A DNA stretch of 64,000 nucleotides from a virus (taxonomy: Duplodnaviria; Caudoviricetes): IMG/VR virus record IMGVR_UViG_3300022407_004352, positions 15,601-79,600 of that record. The stretch is one strand, 5' to 3'. The position numbers and the translations under genes were made by a program. Below, in pieces: positions 25,514 through 35,528 of this stretch. Under the pieces are notes generated by a model. The model did no database searches, was not told where the DNA came from, and saw only the letters and a list, made by a program, of their open reading frames with translations. How positions within the stretch are numbered: the stretch's first letter is position 1; every line of letters starts with the position of its first letter.

Positions 25514-25995
25514 TTTAATAATTTTTCAATAACCCGAATAGAAGATTGATAGGCTCTTATATTTACCTCAAGAGTTGATTTATCTCTTACAAGATGCATC
25601 ACCTCGGTATTCAGCTCCCCAATCTTCTCCTGTTGACTTTCCAACTCTTGCCGTAAGTTTAGAATGGTCTCATCTTGTTGGTAGATTGTTTCTTGTCTTC
25701 TACGCAGAACATCACTCATGGATTCTTCCTGTTCTTTCACATGGACGGCCTTGTAATCCTCAGCATACTTTAGACGTACTGACTCTTCTGCTTCAGGCAG
25801 GTCAACAACAAGTATGGGGGTCTGCGGTTTGTTAATCTCAAAATCTTTCGGGAGCATACTTAACAAACCATGTAACTCTGCGGCTAGATGAGATGCATCC
25901 TCTATACTAATCTTAGTATAGAGTGTTTCCATCTCGGTTAGAAATGTAATATAGATTGCATTGTTTTCGAGTTTTAGTTGAATGTTCTTGCTCAT
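25510..25995 (-). CDS. Coiled-coil hypothetical protein
   Basis: C-terminal heptad pattern. Confidence 0.6.
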   Translation of the reverse strand: MSKNIQLKLENNAIYITFLTEMETLYTKISIEDASHLAAELHGLLSMLPKDFEINKPQTPILVVDLPEAEESVRLKYAEDYKAVHVKEQEESMSDVLRRRQETIYQQDETILNLRQELESQQEKIGELNTEVMHLVRDKSTLEVNIRAYQSSIRVIEKLLK

Positions 25996-26654
25996 GTGTT
26001 TGGGTTTATATGGTTTAACTTAGCTAATTTCTGGTATTTATCTAACCATTCGGGTTTTGATCCGTAGTTCCAATGGCATATATCTTTTTTATAGGATGCA
26101 TAGTAAAGCCGATAGTTTTCTACCGGGTCATCACTGAATTGACATTCTATGGGCATTACAGAGGGGGGCTTAGTAAGAAAATCGTTAGGGAAATCCTTTT
26201 CAGTTAAAGGCCAAGGATTCCCCAGTTTATCTCTTTGAAGATTGGGTTCACATAGACGAATTACTTCAAGGCTCTTATGTATCTTCTCATACCTAGCCAT
26301 ATACTCATCTACTAAGAAATAACCCAATCTTAGTAACCAGATATAGTTTTGAAGGGATTTTCTAGCCCATAAAACGGAAGGGTGGTTTGGATGAGTAATA
26401 AGGTATATTCTTGGACCTCCACCGGTTTCCCCATGAAGTACATGTGCATAGCTTTTCCACTTCTTGTTCTTTTCCGGAGTTAAACCAAAATCCTTATCTA
26501 GTCCATCCAGTGAGTATACACCCGGATACCCCCGTTTAATTCTTACAACAGTGGATAGAATCTGAGCAGTTTCCAATACCATTTTGACTACATGTTTATC
26601 ACTATGGTATTGGGCTGCTTTATTAGCTTCTCGGTCTAGGAAAAAGATATTCAT
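25992..26654 (-). CDS. Pyrimidine-dimer DNA glycosylase-like (DenV/Pyr_excise-related) protein
   Basis: MNIFFLD...A..H.DKHVVKM.LE.AQIL...THPNHPS..W.....NY.WL...G..L..EY..RY.K.H. Confidence 0.75.
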   Translation of the reverse strand: MNIFFLDREANKAAQYHSDKHVVKMVLETAQILSTVVRIKRGYPGVYSLDGLDKDFGLTPEKNKKWKSYAHVLHGETGGGPRIYLITHPNHPSVLWARKSLQNYIWLLRLGYFLVDEYMARYEKIHKSLEVIRLCEPNLQRDKLGNPWPLTEKDFPNDFLTKPPSVMPIECQFSDDPVENYRLYYASYKKDICHWNYGSKPEWLDKYQKLAKLNHINPNT

Positions 26655-27139
26655 GCTAAATCCAGGTTTTTAATAATTTTTACTACCTCTGCTCTCTCTT
26701 CGGGTTTAAGTCCATTACCTTCGCCAATTACCTTAATATCCAGGTCCATAACTAAGTCCATATCAAATCCCACCTCTTGTAATCGTTCACGGTCTTTTTG
26801 AATCTTCTTGAAATCCTGCATATACATTAACCTATCCTCTTTTGCACAAAGGAAGATACTGACTACTTTCTTGGATTCCAAAGTAAGATGTTTAATAACC
26901 CAGCCGGCATCCATCCTTTCGCTTCTTGGTAGATAAGCCCCCTTGTTATAGTCGTGAGTTTTATCTCTCCGTTCACTTATGGGTATTCGGATAATTATAG
27001 GATGGCCTATTGGAGAATTGAATACGATGATCCAATCGTTTGACTCCGATAGGTAATCAAAAGCATAGGTAAAATACTTCCGGAATAGATTAGCAATCCA
27101 TCGGAAGAAAAAGGCTTTAATCTTTACTGTTATTTTCAT
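26651..27139 (-). CDS. Hypothetical protein
   Basis: ORF; second Met (27139) preferred. Confidence 0.55.
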   Translation of the reverse strand: MKITVKIKAFFFRWIANLFRKYFTYAFDYLSESNDWIIVFNSPIGHPIIIRIPISERRDKTHDYNKGAYLPRSERMDAGWVIKHLTLESKKVVSIFLCAKEDRLMYMQDFKKIQKDRERLQEVGFDMDLVMDLDIKVIGEGNGLKPEERAEVVKIIKNLDLA

Positions 27140-27338
27140 ACTCTTTGTGTTGTTTATATAGTTTATATCGGGCAATACTTATAATGATAAATAATAGAAT
27201 ATACATAAGGAACTCAGCAAATCCCCAGGGTCTTTCTATAAGATAGTCCCAGTGGATTATAGAATCCACTATCCGAAAGATAATCAACCACCATAGGATG
27301 GCTGCTACTGCTGCTTCAGCTGTGTGGGATAATTTCAT
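27117..27338 (-). CDS. Small membrane protein (2 TM)
   Basis: First gene of the minus-strand block; ATG 27338 follows an A-rich leader. Confidence 0.6.
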   Translation of the reverse strand: MKLSHTAEAAVAAILWWLIIFRIVDSIIHWDYLIERPWGFAEFLMYILLFIIISIARYKLYKQHKEYENNSKD

Positions 27339-27353
27339 TTTATTTCTTTTTTG

Positions 27354-27361
27354 CAAAGATG
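27354..27361 (-). promoter_or_regulatory. -7-like box (CATCTTTG) for the minus-strand block
   Basis: One mismatch from TAnnTTTG, in the short divergent gap. Confidence 0.45.
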
Positions 27362-27390
27362 ATCAAAAGTTAAAATTTTAAAAATAAGCC

Positions 27391-28365
27391 ATGAATTTAA
27401 GAGTACTGGGTGTCTGCGGGGGTAATGGTGTTATATTACACCCTTTCAAAGATAATTTAATAGCAAACATTGAACCCCGGGCAATCTTTCATACCCCTGG
27501 CCAAATTCAGTGGCAATTAAATTTTCCGGGTGTTCCCATGAGAAAAGAACTACAACCCTACTCGGATATTGACATTATCATAGGAGCTCCGGACTGTGGC
27601 CATTCCTCTGTCCTATCTTATTCTAGGGCTAAGAAGTTATCTGATCCGAAAGATAATAAGAGTTTCAATCTATTCCTAGCAAGTATCATTAAATACAGGC
27701 CACTAATTTTTATGATGGAGAATCTACCAAAGATGCTAGACATGGTAGACCTTGAGAAAATACTTCCGGAATATAGACTACAAATAAAGGTAGAGTCAGT
27801 TTCACTATGGGGTAACTCTCAAAAATCCCGAGTTAGGTTGGTAATAGTGGGAATCCGGAAAGATACTGGGTTAAAAATTAAGTGGCCAAAAAAGCCAGAT
27901 ATATTCTCTGAAGTGAGAGAGTTACTTGAAGGATTAGGACCCGAAGAGATACCATCACTTTGCCATGTTAGAGAGTCTGATGAATCCTTTGTACCTCTTT
28001 ACACGAAGACTGCTCGAAGGATAACAGTTAAAAAAGCTAGAGAAATTTGGCAAACGGACTTTGTGGATAGTAGAAGATGGAAAGTACCCCATACTAAGAT
28101 GGTTAACCAACCCGGAGTTTATCGGTTATTTTGGAGTGATTTACCATTAACTGTAAGAAAGCAGAGTCGGCAATTTGATCCCGAAGGATATATGCTTACT
28201 CCACGGGATATTGCTAGGATTCAAGGTATTCCGGATGAGTTTGAACTATGGTACGAGCCTAAACGACACTTATATTGTATAAATAAAGCCCGAGCTACTT
28301 GTGCAAAAACTCCACCCTATGAAATCGGGGAATGGTTTAAAAGGCAAATATCTAAACTTCATTGA
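27391..28365 (+). CDS. DNA cytosine-5 methyltransferase (divergent)
   Basis: Motif I VCGGNG, IV GAPDCGHSS, VI MENL, VIII GNSQKSRVRLVIVG, IX LTPRDIARIQGIPDEF, X AKTPP. Confidence 0.85.
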   Translation: MNLRVLGVCGGNGVILHPFKDNLIANIEPRAIFHTPGQIQWQLNFPGVPMRKELQPYSDIDIIIGAPDCGHSSVLSYSRAKKLSDPKDNKSFNLFLASIIKYRPLIFMMENLPKMLDMVDLEKILPEYRLQIKVESVSLWGNSQKSRVRLVIVGIRKDTGLKIKWPKKPDIFSEVRELLEGLGPEEIPSLCHVRESDESFVPLYTKTARRITVKKAREIWQTDFVDSRRWKVPHTKMVNQPGVYRLFWSDLPLTVRKQSRQFDPEGYMLTPRDIARIQGIPDEFELWYEPKRHLYCINKARATCAKTPPYEIGEWFKRQISKLH

Positions 28366-28946
28366 TTATGAGCAAAAAAATAGAATTCTTTGTTATCCAT
28401 GTAACGGATACACCTGCCGGTAGAAAGACTACTTCAGACGAAATTCGTCAATGGCATTTAGGCCCATTTCATAAATCCCCCACGGAGATCATCTATAAGG
28501 GGGTAACTTACCCCAGTGTTCAAGCTCTTCCCGATGAAAAGGTGGGTGGAGTAAGTATTAAAAAGATAACGGGTCGTGGATGGAAACAAGTGGGTTATCG
28601 GGATATGATTCACTTGGATGGAACTAAGGAGAATCTAGTCAGGTATAACTATGATGCTATAGTGGATGCTTGGGAAGTAACCAATGGAGTTGCTGGAATT
28701 AATAGCACTGCTATGCATATTGTTATTGTAGGGGGTAAGGGCAAAGATACTCGAACTCCTGAACAAACTACTACGCTAGCAGCAGAAATGAAGAAAGCTC
28801 TTATTAACTGGCCTTGGATCAAATTCGCAGGGCATAACCAGTTTGATATGAAAATATGCCCATCCTTTGATGTTCGAGTATTTTGTAGAAGTATTGGAAT
28901 ACCTGAAAAGAATATTTACCAAGCACCCCCTAAAATGTTACCCTAA
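28362..28946 (+). CDS. Endolysin, N-acetylmuramoyl-L-alanine amidase (T7 lysozyme-like)
   Basis: VIHVTDT...IRQWH...RGWKQVGY...GHN...K.CPSFDV zinc-binding pattern. Confidence 0.9.
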   Translation: MIMSKKIEFFVIHVTDTPAGRKTTSDEIRQWHLGPFHKSPTEIIYKGVTYPSVQALPDEKVGGVSIKKITGRGWKQVGYRDMIHLDGTKENLVRYNYDAIVDAWEVTNGVAGINSTAMHIVIVGGKGKDTRTPEQTTTLAAEMKKALINWPWIKFAGHNQFDMKICPSFDVRVFCRSIGIPEKNIYQAPPKMLP

Positions 28947-29266
28947 TGATGGACATCATAACAGTACTCGAGAATTACCCGATACTAAGACATGAGTATC
29001 TGTTAGTTGTGTATGGTGTACTAGCTTGGCAACTTGAGCAACTTCTTGTGGGTGAAAAGAAAACCCTACGGAAAAGACTTAGTTATATATGGGCTTCCAT
29101 GATTTGGGGTGGAATAGTAGTTGTATTTGATGATGAGTTTATAATGATTGCTCAATCACATTTTCCTAAGTTATCACCTGATCAGTGGTGGTATGTAGGA
29201 GCAGGCTTCTTCATTGAAATCCTTCGCCACAAAGTAGAGCAATATAAGAATAATAAAGGGGGTTGA
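28946..29266 (+). CDS. Putative holin
   Basis: About 3 TM segments, charged C-tail, directly after the endolysin. Confidence 0.55.
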   Translation: MMDIITVLENYPILRHEYLLVVYGVLAWQLEQLLVGEKKTLRKRLSYIWASMIWGGIVVVFDDEFIMIAQSHFPKLSPDQWWYVGAGFFIEILRHKVEQYKNNKGG

Positions 29267-29388
29267 CAAACCCCCTTACTGCCGATAGGCAGTTATTAGG
29301 CTGTACTAAGTGCTGTTTTTATACCTAAATATAGAAAAAGACTATTCCGAGTCGTAAGCTGGACCGCACGATCGGATATTCCTTTCTT

Positions 29389-30108
29389 TTGAAGATTGTT
29401 AAGAATCTTTTCTTTAAAGCCATGGTAAACAAAGATAACTTTGAAATTGTTTGGAAATTAGCCATAGTAGGCTTACTGGTATACTTTATATTCTTTCATG
29501 TACCTGAGCAAAGAAAACAGGATCGGGAATACTGGGAGCATGCCAATTTCAAAACCGATACTCTCAATGTACAGGTAAACTATGATTCCATACCTACACC
29601 CATTTTTAAATACCCAGTACCCCCAAAACTAGTAATCAACTACATTGACTCTACCCGGACTGAGCATATACACATTGATATGTCGGATTCTCTTATTCAG
29701 GTTACTGACTCCTTAAAGAAGGAAATTTATCGAATCAGTACCCAATACCTTAAACTACATCCAACATCTCCAAAATTAATTTATGCCCAATTCCAAAGGG
29801 ACTCACTAAGACTGGATTTGTTGAATATTGCAGGTTCTATATCCTCTCAGCTATTCCTAGTGGATTATGAAAATTTCAGGTATCAATATAAGGATAATCA
29901 ATTTAGAGCAGAAAAACTTAGCAGTAAGAAGTTCAAACAAGATTGGTATGTATATGGGGGTTATGATCTAGCCCAGACTAATTTTCTCTTATCCACTGAG
30001 TATTCACTCTATAAGCAAAGATACAAACTCCAGGGTTTTACGGATTTATATATCAGTAATGAACCTCGACTATTCTTAGGTGCAAAGCTAGGTTACAAAC
30101 TAAGATGA
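29389..30108 (+). CDS. Membrane-anchored protein, spanin-like candidate
   Basis: N-terminal TM segment and beta-rich C-terminus ending ..GAKLGYKLR; in the lysis cluster; start may be 29422. Confidence 0.4.
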   Translation: MKIVKNLFFKAMVNKDNFEIVWKLAIVGLLVYFIFFHVPEQRKQDREYWEHANFKTDTLNVQVNYDSIPTPIFKYPVPPKLVINYIDSTRTEHIHIDMSDSLIQVTDSLKKEIYRISTQYLKLHPTSPKLIYAQFQRDSLRLDLLNIAGSISSQLFLVDYENFRYQYKDNQFRAEKLSSKKFKQDWYVYGGYDLAQTNFLLSTEYSLYKQRYKLQGFTDLYISNEPRLFLGAKLGYKLR

Positions 30109-31676
30109 TAGAAGAGAGTATACTAAGTTCTACAAAGAAGCAATCTAACAAGTTCATTGAAAAACCCCTGACATCAGAGGAGTTCAGTGAGCTTCTCCGT
30201 GTTAGCAGCGACCCATTTGAATTCGCTAAGTTTATCCATGTAATCCACCCTATCCGGGGCAGAGTTAAATTTGATCTATACCCATTCCAAAAAGCGGTAC
30301 TTGCGAATTTCATCAAGAACCGGTTTAATATTATATTGAAATTTCGTCAGGCAGGAGTAACAGAGTTAATATCTTTATTCTGCCTATGGTTTGCTATGTA
30401 TCATTCCAATAAAAACATAGTAATCATTTCCATAAAGGAACATGTAGCCAAGAAGGTATTAAGGAAGATCAAGTTCATGTATCGGAATTTACCAGATCAT
30501 CTAAAGGTACAGGTAGTAAATGGACGAAGTAAGGATATAGGAACAGCTAGTGAGCTAGAGTTTGCTAATGGCTCAATGATCACTTCAGTTCCTACAACGG
30601 AAGAGGCTGGACGATCTGAAGCATTATCCTTATTAGTAATTGATGAAGCCGCAATCATTCGCTGGGCTGATCAAATTTGGGCCGCAGCTTTTCCAACACT
30701 CTCCACTGGGGGTAGAGCTATTCTTAACTCGACTCCTTATGGAGTAAATAACTTCTTCCACAGGGTATGGGTATCTTCTTGTGCTGGGGGTAATGGTTTT
30801 GTTCCTATCCGACTTCGGTGGAATATGCATCCGGAAAGGGATATACATTGGTATAACTCCATGCGAGCAGATTTGGGACCAAGACGAACAGCCCAAGAGA
30901 TTGATGGTGACTTTCTTACTTCCGGTAATTCAGTATTTGACCTATTGGACATTCGGTCGATTGAGGAATCCCTAGAGGGCTATCCAGCAATACGGGTTAA
31001 CGATGATACTACATTTAGTCGTATCTTCAAAATTCGTAACTTTGGCAATAACCTAAAAATATTCAATAAGCCTGATCCAAAAAGAAAATATACTATAGGA
31101 GCTGATATTGCTACAGGGCGAGCCAAGGATTTCTCAGCCTTTACTGTACTGGATGACTATGGGGATGAGGCTGGATGCTTTAAGGGTAAGATTCCCGTAG
31201 ATCAATATGCTGAGCTCCTAATGGGTATGGGTCATATTTATAACCGAGCTAGATTAGCGCCCGAATCTAACGATGTGGGTTTAGCAGTAGCTTCCAAGAT
31301 TCAAAACAAGGGCTATAGTAATTTATATTACTCGATTAAAATCCTAAAGGAGAAGGGTGAGAGTAAACCCAAACAGGAGAAGATACCGGGTTGGTATACT
31401 ACAAAGAAAAACAGACCCATTATTATAGCCGAACTGGAAGAGGATATTCGCTTAGGTAATATTACAATAAAAGATGAGTTCTTCGTACAGGAGGCTTATA
31501 CTTTTGTTTATGATGATCAGAATAAACCCACTGCTGCGGGCAAGAAAAGTTCTAGTAGTTCGGATGAAAATAACTTGGATGAGGATGAGTACCATGATGA
31601 TGCAATTTTAGCTAAAGCCATAGGCAACCATACTAGAAAGATAAAACAGAAGGGACTTATCATATTACCAATGTAA
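30105..31676 (+). CDS. terL: Terminase large subunit
   Basis: Q motif (LYPFQ), Walker A LKFRQAGVT, Walker B LLVIDEA, STPYG, nuclease IGADIATG and DD near the C-terminus. Confidence 0.95.
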   Translation: MIEESILSSTKKQSNKFIEKPLTSEEFSELLRVSSDPFEFAKFIHVIHPIRGRVKFDLYPFQKAVLANFIKNRFNIILKFRQAGVTELISLFCLWFAMYHSNKNIVIISIKEHVAKKVLRKIKFMYRNLPDHLKVQVVNGRSKDIGTASELEFANGSMITSVPTTEEAGRSEALSLLVIDEAAIIRWADQIWAAAFPTLSTGGRAILNSTPYGVNNFFHRVWVSSCAGGNGFVPIRLRWNMHPERDIHWYNSMRADLGPRRTAQEIDGDFLTSGNSVFDLLDIRSIEESLEGYPAIRVNDDTTFSRIFKIRNFGNNLKIFNKPDPKRKYTIGADIATGRAKDFSAFTVLDDYGDEAGCFKGKIPVDQYAELLMGMGHIYNRARLAPESNDVGLAVASKIQNKGYSNLYYSIKILKEKGESKPKQEKIPGWYTTKKNRPIIIAELEEDIRLGNITIKDEFFVQEAYTFVYDDQNKPTAAGKKSSSSSDENNLDEDEYHDDAILAKAIGNHTRKIKQKGLIILPM

Positions 31677-31678
31677 CC

Positions 31679-33199
31679 ATGAAAATTTTAAAGGATTCCA
31701 CATACGAACAGCTCCTATCCAAACAAACCGAGTTGGAGAAAACTATTGTAGAGTTAAAAAAGACTGTTCAGATTGATGGTAAACCAGTAGTAGTAGGACC
31801 CGGGGCCAGTAGCTCCCGTGATCTACCCGGAACTACCGGTTATGGATATGCGAGCTTAAATGCTCAGATGAAAGTTATTCCTGCGGAGTTTGAGTTTGAG
31901 GTAATTCCTCTTATCCGGAAATTAGCCAAGATCAATCCGGATATGTCACAAGCTCTCGGTGACTTCACGAAATTAGCTAATACTGGACATAAGATTAAGT
32001 TTGACCCCTCTGTAGGAGAGGCCCAAGTAGAGTTGATGCGTCAATTCATCATGGATAGTGCTAAGGGTTGGCATGTTGGAACAGCTAGTATGTCCGGAAT
32101 TACCAACAAGATGTTTCGCCAAGCAATGATAGGGGGTGCTATCTCTACGGAGTGGGTTCCTAATATCAACTTGGATAACCTGGAAGAAGTTAGATTCATA
32201 AATCCCGAAACTATTCGGTTTGTATTAGATAAGAATCAAAAGGGTTATCAGCCTTATCAAAAGGTAAAAAATAAGCCTATTATTAATTATAGCAAGGATT
32301 TAAAGAAGTTAAACTCCAATCAATATAAATACCTAGCATTAAACGGGGATACGGACTTACCTTATGGAACACCCCCATATTTGGCTGCACTAGACCCCAT
32401 CAATACTCAGCAGCATATGATTCAAAATATCAAGTTCATTGTAACACTACTTGGTATATTAGGATACGTAGATGCCCGGATTGAAAAACCGGACCGGCTA
32501 GAGGGGGAGAATGATGATGCCTATAATGCTAGACTTATGAGTTTTCTTACAACTTTCAAGGAGAGAGTAATAGCAGGGGTAAGGGATGGAGCTAATGTGG
32601 GATATAAGGAAGACCATGAATTTGAATTCAAACAAACTGCTCCTTCTGCCTCGGGTGTAAAGGATATATTCGAGCAGAATGAACTATTGGTAGCTTCGGG
32701 GTTAAGTTATGATGCAGTGTTTATGGGAAGACCGGGAGCTACCGAAACTCTAGTTACTGTACTATTCACCAAGGTATTAGCCCAACTAAAGAACATTCAG
32801 GATATTGTATCAGCTAACTTGGAATTTGGATATTCCTTCGCCCTTACATTAGGGGGCTTTAAATTCAAAAGACTTTCGGTGGAGTTTAACCGCTCCACTA
32901 TCACGGATGACCTGAAGTATCAACAGGCACAGGAGGTACTAATTCGTAACTTGGAGCACTTATATGACCAGGGGATCATTGGGCAGGATGCATTTGCAGA
33001 TGCCATGAACTTCATAAAGCCTGATCAAGCTACACCACGAATTACCCGTGAGAAGACTCCGCCAGATGCCGCTTTGAAAAAACAAGTAAAAGAAAAGGGT
33101 AAAGATGCATCGGATAGAAAGGTAAGAGATAAGAATAAACCCCAAGGCACTATCCGGAATAACGATACTTTAGATGCTAGAATGATAGCAATTAACTAA
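31679..33199 (+). CDS. Portal protein
   Basis: 506 aa, immediately after terL, helical, PYGTPPY motif. Confidence 0.85.
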   Translation: MKILKDSTYEQLLSKQTELEKTIVELKKTVQIDGKPVVVGPGASSSRDLPGTTGYGYASLNAQMKVIPAEFEFEVIPLIRKLAKINPDMSQALGDFTKLANTGHKIKFDPSVGEAQVELMRQFIMDSAKGWHVGTASMSGITNKMFRQAMIGGAISTEWVPNINLDNLEEVRFINPETIRFVLDKNQKGYQPYQKVKNKPIINYSKDLKKLNSNQYKYLALNGDTDLPYGTPPYLAALDPINTQQHMIQNIKFIVTLLGILGYVDARIEKPDRLEGENDDAYNARLMSFLTTFKERVIAGVRDGANVGYKEDHEFEFKQTAPSASGVKDIFEQNELLVASGLSYDAVFMGRPGATETLVTVLFTKVLAQLKNIQDIVSANLEFGYSFALTLGGFKFKRLSVEFNRSTITDDLKYQQAQEVLIRNLEHLYDQGIIGQDAFADAMNFIKPDQATPRITREKTPPDAALKKQVKEKGKDASDRKVRDKNKPQGTIRNNDTLDARMIAIN

Positions 33200-33210
33200 A
33201 TAAAACCATT

Positions 33211-33510
33211 ATGGAATTTTTAGAAGTATTAAAACCCTATATCTATACTGAATATGCTTTTGGTGTAGTAGCTTTTGTAGAATTTATCCGATGGATAGTT
33301 ACCGGAGTAGATAAGGTGATTAAACCCCGGTGGTTAACCCTCATCGTAGCTACCTTTCTAGGAGTTGCTGGGTACTTCTTCCAAGATCAGGATTTAGACA
33401 TCGTAAAAGCCGTAACATCATTTGCCTTTGCTAATGTGGCTTATCAATACCTATGGGAACCCATTAAGAATAAGTTCTTTCCAACTCTTGTAGAAAAACA
33501 GAAAAAATAA
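33211..33510 (+). CDS. Small 3-TM protein, holin-like
   Basis: Three hydrophobic segments and a basic C-tail. Confidence 0.5.
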   Translation: MEFLEVLKPYIYTEYAFGVVAFVEFIRWIVTGVDKVIKPRWLTLIVATFLGVAGYFFQDQDLDIVKAVTSFAFANVAYQYLWEPIKNKFFPTLVEKQKK

Positions 33511-33514
33511 CAAT

Positions 33515-35059
33515 ATGCCATTCTCCATAGAGACTTTTGGTGCTGGACATTCTCTAGTAACCAATAAATTACCCAAAAGAGTTAACCTATCCATGCTAGA
33601 AACTCTGGGGGTGGATCGTAAACCCGAAATTTCACAATTTGGGTTATTTGAAGCATCCTCACCGGATTTTAATAAATACTATCCGGATGTAACTGCTGAT
33701 GACCTAACTCCGGATGAGAAGGACTTTGTAAACCCCGTATTCAGAGCTTTATCAAAAGTAATCATCAACAAGTATGGGCCCATTGATTTTACTCAGGGTG
33801 ATGTATTGGAGAGATCAGCAAAGGGACTGATCGGCCAAGCTATCTTCACAAATCATGAGCAGATAGTTGGGAACGAGGTGGGTGTGATTACTGAAGCTTT
33901 CTTCGAGAAGCAAAGAACGTATGATGGAGTAACTATTCCTGCGGGGATTAACGTACGAATGAAACTTGACGGGAAATCAAACCCTAAATTAGTTCGTTCT
34001 ATAATGATGGACCCCCCTTCCGTACATTCCACCTCAGTAACTGTAGCTTTCAACTGGGAGCAATCTCATAAGAATCTATCAGCTGATGAGTTCTACAATA
34101 TGATGGGTAAGTTGGATGATAAGGGCAAGTTAATTCGTCGAGTAGTAACAGACATCGCTCGTTATGAGGAACTATCCTTAGTAAGTCATGGAGCTGACCC
34201 TTTTGCTCAGAAGGTGGGTACGGATGGAAAGATTGTAAACCCCGCTTATGCAGGTAAGGTTTATAAATTCAGTGAGGGTGATAACCGTCAAGTATACCAC
34301 TTCATGGATTGGAAAGAATCAGGCACAAGCACAGCATCCTTCAGCCTTTCTGATACAATACCTGCGACAGATAATTTATCTAATTCATTAAAACCAGATG
34401 AACAATTAAACAATCAACAAAAGCCTATGAATGAACAACTCTTGCAATTTTTGAGAACATTCTTTGGCTTGGATGCAAATGCTACGGAAGCCCAGGTTAC
34501 GGCCAAGCTTCAAGCAGAGCTTCCTTTATTTGCAGCCGACCGAGCATCATTGGGGCAAATAAAGACTGAGCTAACCCAGGCAAAGGATAGTTTTTCAAAC
34601 CTTCAACAGAAGTATCCGGAAGGAAGTACGGTTATTTCTAAAGAGGACAAAGAAAAGCTTGATGCACATGCTGCATTGAAAGCTAGCCTGGATTCAGTGG
34701 TCGGAATTACCCGAGCTGAATGCCTAAAACTATACCACCTATCCGTAGGGGGTTCAGCTAAAGCGGATGCTGCTATCACGAAACTGATTGCAGAATCTAG
34801 CTTGGAATCTTTGGGAGCTTTAACAAAGCAATACAAAGCCCAAGTAGAAAAGAGTTTCACTGCTACCTGTAACTCCTGTGGAGGTACCAACATTACAAGA
34901 GCTTCTTCTGCTTCAAGCGAAGATGGAATTGTATTACCCGGAGCTGGTGATCCTGAACCAATCGTAGTAAAAAATACGCTTGACGTTGCAAATGAGCTTC
35001 ACCGCAAAGCTACTGCACAAACAGTAGATGCAATTCACGGCAAATCAATCAAAAAATAA
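33515..35059 (+). CDS. Prohead protease-scaffold fusion
   Basis: NHE...G...STSVTV...ELSLVSHGADPFA protease-like N-domain, then a coiled-coil scaffold with CNSC; located before the capsid genes. Confidence 0.8.
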   Translation: MPFSIETFGAGHSLVTNKLPKRVNLSMLETLGVDRKPEISQFGLFEASSPDFNKYYPDVTADDLTPDEKDFVNPVFRALSKVIINKYGPIDFTQGDVLERSAKGLIGQAIFTNHEQIVGNEVGVITEAFFEKQRTYDGVTIPAGINVRMKLDGKSNPKLVRSIMMDPPSVHSTSVTVAFNWEQSHKNLSADEFYNMMGKLDDKGKLIRRVVTDIARYEELSLVSHGADPFAQKVGTDGKIVNPAYAGKVYKFSEGDNRQVYHFMDWKESGTSTASFSLSDTIPATDNLSNSLKPDEQLNNQQKPMNEQLLQFLRTFFGLDANATEAQVTAKLQAELPLFAADRASLGQIKTELTQAKDSFSNLQQKYPEGSTVISKEDKEKLDAHAALKASLDSVVGITRAECLKLYHLSVGGSAKADAAITKLIAESSLESLGALTKQYKAQVEKSFTATCNSCGGTNITRASSASSEDGIVLPGAGDPEPIVVKNTLDVANELHRKATAQTVDAIHGKSIKK

Positions 35060-35071
35060 ACCAGAAACAAT

Positions 35072-35515
35072 ATGCCAGCAACCTTAGGCACAGCCACGGT
35101 ATCACGCTTCATGAATGAAGCTGAAGCCCATAAGCTCCATTTGGAGTTCGTAGTAGAGACTGCTCAAACCGTAAATGCGGGTGACTCAGTCATCTTAGCA
35201 GCTAACGGTAAAGTTCAGTTAGCAGGAACCACCGCCCCAGCACACACCATCATCGGTGTAGCGATCAATGCTGGAGTAGCAGGAGGTAGAGTAACAGTAG
35301 CAATGAAAGCATACTGTGTAGTAGTTGCAGAAGCTGGAGCAGCTTCTCTCAATGCAGGCCCCGTTCAGATGGGTGCTTGGAATGGAACTACCGGCCGCAG
35401 AGAATTTGTAGTAGTAACGGGAGCAGACAATGCTGCTAAGACTGCACTTCATGTGGGATTCAACCTGAAGCAGGTGGCTGCAGACGGAGACCAGATTTTT
35501 GTAGCACTTATCTAA
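35072..35515 (+). CDS. Capsid decoration/cement protein
   Basis: AGDSVIL...G.V..A...IIGVA...AG..V.V beta-tulip-like pattern; directly before MCP. Confidence 0.75.
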   Translation: MPATLGTATVSRFMNEAEAHKLHLEFVVETAQTVNAGDSVILAANGKVQLAGTTAPAHTIIGVAINAGVAGGRVTVAMKAYCVVVAEAGAASLNAGPVQMGAWNGTTGRREFVVVTGADNAAKTALHVGFNLKQVAADGDQIFVALI

Positions 35516-35528
35516 TCGAGAAAATACC

